This document shows positions 59,806 to 64,000 of a stretch of 64,000 bases of DNA, one piece after another; position 1 is the stretch's first letter; each line of letters starts with the position of its first letter. The translations under genes and the position numbers were made by a program. Origin of the DNA: Squalus acanthias (Eukaryota); NCBI GenBank assembly GCA_030390025.1, contig CM059432.1:103108001-103172000 (forward strand), in the 5' to 3' direction. The notes under the pieces were generated by a model, which searched no databases, was not told where the DNA came from, and saw only the letters and a program-made list of their open reading frames with translations.

Positions 59806-60939
59806 AAAACCCAGGAGAGTTCAAAAGCAGCGGGAGCATAGCGAGAGCGCCAAAACCCGGGAGAGTTCAGAAGCAGCGGGAGCAGAGCGAGAGCGCCAAA
59901 ACCCGGGAGAGTTCAAAAGCAGCGGGTGCAGAGCGAGAGCACCAAAACCCGGGAGAGTTCAAAAGCAGCGGGGGAAGATCGAGAGCACCAAAACCCGGGA
60001 GAGTTCAAAAGCAGCGGGAGCAGAGCGAGAGCGCCAAAACCCGGGAGAGTTCAAAAGCAGCGGGGGAAGATCGAGAGCACCAAAACCCGGGAGAGTTCAA
60101 AAGCAGCGGGAGCATAGCGAGAGCGCCAAAACCCGGGAGAGTTCAAAAGCAGCGGGAGCAGAGCGAGAGCGCCAAAACCCGGGAGAGTTCAAAAGCAGCG
60201 GGAGCATAGCGAGAGCGCCAAAACCTGGGAGAGTTCAAAAGCAGCGGGAGCAGAGCGAGAGCGCCAAAACCCAGGAGAGTTCAAAAGCAGTGGGAGCAGA
60301 GCAAGAGCGGCAAAACCCGGGAGAGTTCAAAAGCAGCGGGGGAAGATCGAGAGCACCAAAACCCGGGAGAGTTCAAAAGCAGTGGGAGCAGAGCGAGAGC
60401 GCCAAAACCCGGGAGAGTTCAAAAGCAGTGGGAGCAGAGCGAGAGCGCCAAAACCCGGGAGAGTTCAAAAGTAGCGGGAGCAGAGCGCGAGCGCCAAAAC
60501 CCGGGAGAGTTCAAAAGCAGCGGGAGCAGAGCGAGAGCCCCAAAACCCGGGAGAGTTCAAAAGCAGCGGGAGCAGAGCGAGAGCGCCAAAACCCGGGAGA
60601 GTTCAAAAGCAGCGGGAGCAGAGCGCGAGCGCCAAAACCCGGGAGAGTTCAAAAGCAGCGGGGGAAGATCGAGAGCGCCAAAACCTGGGAGAGTTCAAAA
60701 GCAGTGGGAGCAGAGCAAGAGCGCCAAAACCCGGGAGAGTTCAAAAGCAGCGGGAGCAGAGCGAGAGCCCCAAAACCCGGGAGAGTTCAAAAGCAGCGGG
60801 AGCAGAGCGAGAGCGCCAAAACCCGGGAGAGTTCAAAAGCAGTGGGAGCAGAGCAAGAGCGCCAAAACCCGGGAGAGTTCAAAAGCAGCGGGAGTAGAGC
60901 GACAGCGCCAAAACCCGGGAGAGTTCAAAAGCAGCGGGA
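59806..60939 (+). repeat. 46-bp tandem array (24 full units + partial) forming the 5' end of a CR1
   Basis: Unit AAAACCCGGGAGAGTTCAAAAGCAGCGGGAGCAGAGCGAGAGCGCC. The first and last unit starts (59806, 60910) are exactly 24x46 apart. Confidence 0.95.
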
Positions 60940-62200
60940 GACGCTGAGATACAAAGGAGTGTAAAGAAGTAAAAAGTAATCGAAGTGTGACGACACCAGA
61001 AAGCAGTTAAGTGATTGGTTGGTGAGTATTTCTCTATTTCTCGCTTTTTTCCAAACTTGAGCATCTAAATTTAAGGGCCTTGGTGTAGATTAAAAGATAT
61101 AAGTGTTCCAAATTTTAAAACTAATTAATTAATTGAGATGGGGAACCAGGCAATGTGTTGTTGTTGTTGCATGTGGGAGCTCGTGGACACCATTGAGGTC
61201 CAGGGCGACCACATCTGCAGCAAATGTTGGCTGCTCGAGGAACTTCAGCTCAGAGTTGATGAGCTGGAGTCCGAGCTTCAGACACTGCGACACATTAGGG
61301 AGGGGGAGCATTACCTCGACACTATGTTCCAGGAGGCAGTCACACCCACTAGAATAATTACTTCCAAATTGGCCCATGGTCAGGGACAGGAGGGTGTGAC
61401 TACAAGCGAGGCAGGTATTGGGATCCAGGAGGTAGTGATGGAGGAGCCTCAGCCCTTGGCCTTGTCCAAAAGGTATGAGATTCTTGCTCCCTGCGTGGAC
61501 GAGGCCAGGGACTGCAGGGAGGATGAGCAAACTGACCACAGCAGCGTGGTATAAGTGGGGGGAGCAAAAAGAAATGTTGTAGTGATTGGGGACAGTATAG
61601 TGAGGGGGATAAATACTGTTCTCTGCAGCCGAGAGCCTGAGTCCCGAAGGCTGTGTTGCCTGCCCGGTACCAGGGTTAAGGACATCTCCTCTGGGCTGGA
61701 GAGAAACTTGGAGTGGGAGGGGCAAGATCCAGTTGTCATGGTCCACGTAGGTACCAATGACATAGGCAGGACAAAGAAAGAGGTTCTGCTGAGAGAGTAT
61801 GAGCAGCTAGGGGCTAAATTAAAAAGCAGGACCACAAAGGTAATAATCTCTGGATTACTACCTGAGCCATGAGCGAATTTACACAGGGTAAATAAGATCA
61901 GAGAAATGAACGAGTGGCTCAAAGACTGGTGTGGGAGAAATGGGTTTCGATTTGTGGGGCACTGGCACCAGTACTGGGATAAGAGGGAGCTGTTCCATTT
62001 GGACGGGCTTCACTTGAACCATGCTGGGGCTAGAGTCCTGGCAAATCGAATAACTAGGGCTGTAGAGAGGGCTTTAAACAAAATAGTGGGGGGGAGGATC
62101 CAGGTGAGCGGGAAAATAAAAAGTCAATGAGAAATGAGAAAGCAACAGAGCAGGCTAGAGATGGGGAAATAATAACCAGAGTGTGACAGGAAGGGACAGA

Positions 62201-63092
62201 GGGGGAGAAATTCAGTATCGCCCCATTTGGGACACAATTATCGGCTAGGCGCAAAGATTAGCGCCTGGCGCTAATTATCGCCTCCGACTGCAAACTTGAC
62301 TTTTATCGCCCCTGGAGGTGATTGGAGCGCTAAATCAGGCGCTTCACACCTGTCTTAAGGCGCAAAGGCCGAGGAGCGAGGCGCTACCTCAGAGCGCTGG
62401 CGAAGCTCATGTCATGTCAGTCTGCAATGGAACACACACACAATGGCGCCGGCCAGTTCTTAAAGGGGAGGGTTGATCTTGCTTTCCATCCACATCCTAC
62501 TCATTGCAGCCTTGAATCTCGGCCCAGAGACACCTGTACATCAAATGTGCTGGAAAGAACAATGGAGAGAACCAGGGAAAGAGCTCAGAGTGCAGCCCCC
62601 ACAGTCTCTTCTAAATCGATTCAAGAAAGGGCAAATCAAAATGAACCTGCAAAGTGCTGCTCAGTACCCAAAACTCTTTCACACAGCGTTGAATCTCTCC
62701 AGAAGTCTCTCTCTCGCTCTCTCAGAATACGTGTTTCAAAAATGTCACCAACAATAAAAGGCAGGAAGCGGTCGCCTTTAGATAGCGCTCCCCCAGTCCC
62801 TTCCTGACTGCAAAACGCTCCCCTCAACCTGTCGTTGCTAGCGGCAGGTGGTAAGGCAGGGGCGCCACTCAATATCCGCTACAGGGCGATACCGGGGCGT
62901 TGCGCACTCGACTGACGTCACGATCTGCCGGTGCAGGAGATCGTAGCGGTAGTGTTTAGCGCCGCCGCAAAATGTCTAGTTAATTCCGCGAGCGGCGCAA
63001 ACATCACCGCGCCCGGGCACTAGTTGCTTTGCACCCCATTAGCGCCCTCTTAAGGCGCTAACGGGAGACGCAACCAACTGAATTTTTCCCCC
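62201..63092. mobile_element. Harbinger MITE, second copy of the 25739-26633 family
   Basis: TIR GGGGGAGAAATTCAG / CTGAATTTTTCCCCC and TSD AGA. Confidence 0.92.
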
Positions 63093-64000
63093 AGAATGTT
63101 TAAAAATAAGAGTGTAACAGAAAAAAAGGCCAAAACAAGGAAAAATGGTAAAAAGACAAAGTTAAAAGCTCGATATCTGAATGCACGCAGCATTTGTAAC
63201 AAGATAAATGAGTTGACGGCACAAATAGATACAAATGGGTATGATCTGATCGCCATTACAGAGACGTGGTTGCAAGGTGACCAGGGCTGGGAACTGAATA
63301 TTCCAGGGTATATGATAATTCGGAAGGATAGAAAGAAAGGAAAGGGAGGTGGGGTGGCTTTGTTGGTAAAAGATGGGATCAGTGCAGTGGTGAGAAGTGA
63401 TATTGGCTCAGAAGATCAAGATGTAGAATCGGTTTGGGTGGAGATAAAAAATAATAAGGGGAAAAAGTCTCTAGTGGGCGTAGTCTACAGGCCCCCGAAC
63501 AGTAGCAATGCTGTTGGACAGAGTATAAATCAACAAATAATGGAGGCCTGTAAAAAAGGTACGGTAATAATCATGGGTGATTTTAATCTCCATATTGATT
63601 GGACAAATCAAATTGGCCATGGTAGCCTGGAGGAGGAGTTCATAGAGTGCATCCGGGATGTTTTCCTAGAACAGCATGTAATGGAACCAACCAGGGAGCA
63701 GGCTATCTTGGATCTGGTACTATGTAATGAGACAGAATTAATAAATGATCTCATAGTAAAGGATCCTCTAGGAAAGAGTGATCATAGCATGGTTGAATTT
63801 CAAATTCAGTTGGAGGATGAGAAAGTTGTAGCCCAAACCAGTGTCCTGATCTTAAACAAAGGCAATTATAATGGCATGAGGGCAGAACTGGCTAAAGTGG
63901 ACTGGAAAAACAAATTAAAGGGTAAGAAAGTTGAAATGCAGTGATGGACATTTAAGGGGATATTTCATAACTCTCAACAAAAATATATTCCAGTGAGAAA

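Larger units (their letters stand above)
59798..64000 (+). mobile_element. CR1 LINE with 5' UTR, ORF1 (61138-62130, stops) and ORF2 endonuclease region (63096-63944, stop), continuing beyond the window
   Basis: Motifs CCCCMWE..HICSKC, GDSIVRG, HVGTND, DGLHLN, LNARSI, ITETW, GDFN and SDH. Confidence 0.93.

Noticed and set aside
59806..60939. CRISPR-like array
   Set aside because: The units are contiguous with no unique spacers, the context is eukaryotic and there are no cas genes.
59786..60964. 392-aa repetitive ORF
   Set aside because: It is a by-product of the 46-bp array cycling through three frames. It has a TTG start and no domain.

Overview
This is eukaryotic, vertebrate-type genomic DNA made almost entirely of nested transposable elements. 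It is probably from a cartilaginous fish, inferred from the CR1/HER1-type 3' tails, a SacSINE1-like DeuSINE, and Penelope and Harbinger families. No confident host gene is present; there are only weak exon candidates in the AT-rich 54.4-59.2 kb stretch. Main contents: (1) the 5' end of an endogenous retrovirus-like element on the minus strand, with a 1.6-kb LTR, an exact 18-nt tRNA-Arg(TCG) PBS and an uninterrupted 446-codon gag that runs off the window and is absent from the ORF track, plus a diverged solo LTR with a 4-bp TSD; (2) at least six Harbinger/PIF elements, one nearly intact (transposase plus a reconstructable 3-exon Myb/SANT gene), together with MITE derivatives; (3) several CR1 LINEs, two of which keep 5' UTRs built from tandem monomers (one has 24 x 46 bp); (4) an L2 LINE; (5) Penelope-like elements carrying minimal hammerhead ribozyme motifs; (6) MITE families with conserved internal hairpin arrays. 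Boundaries were read by eye, and those of old fragments are approximate.
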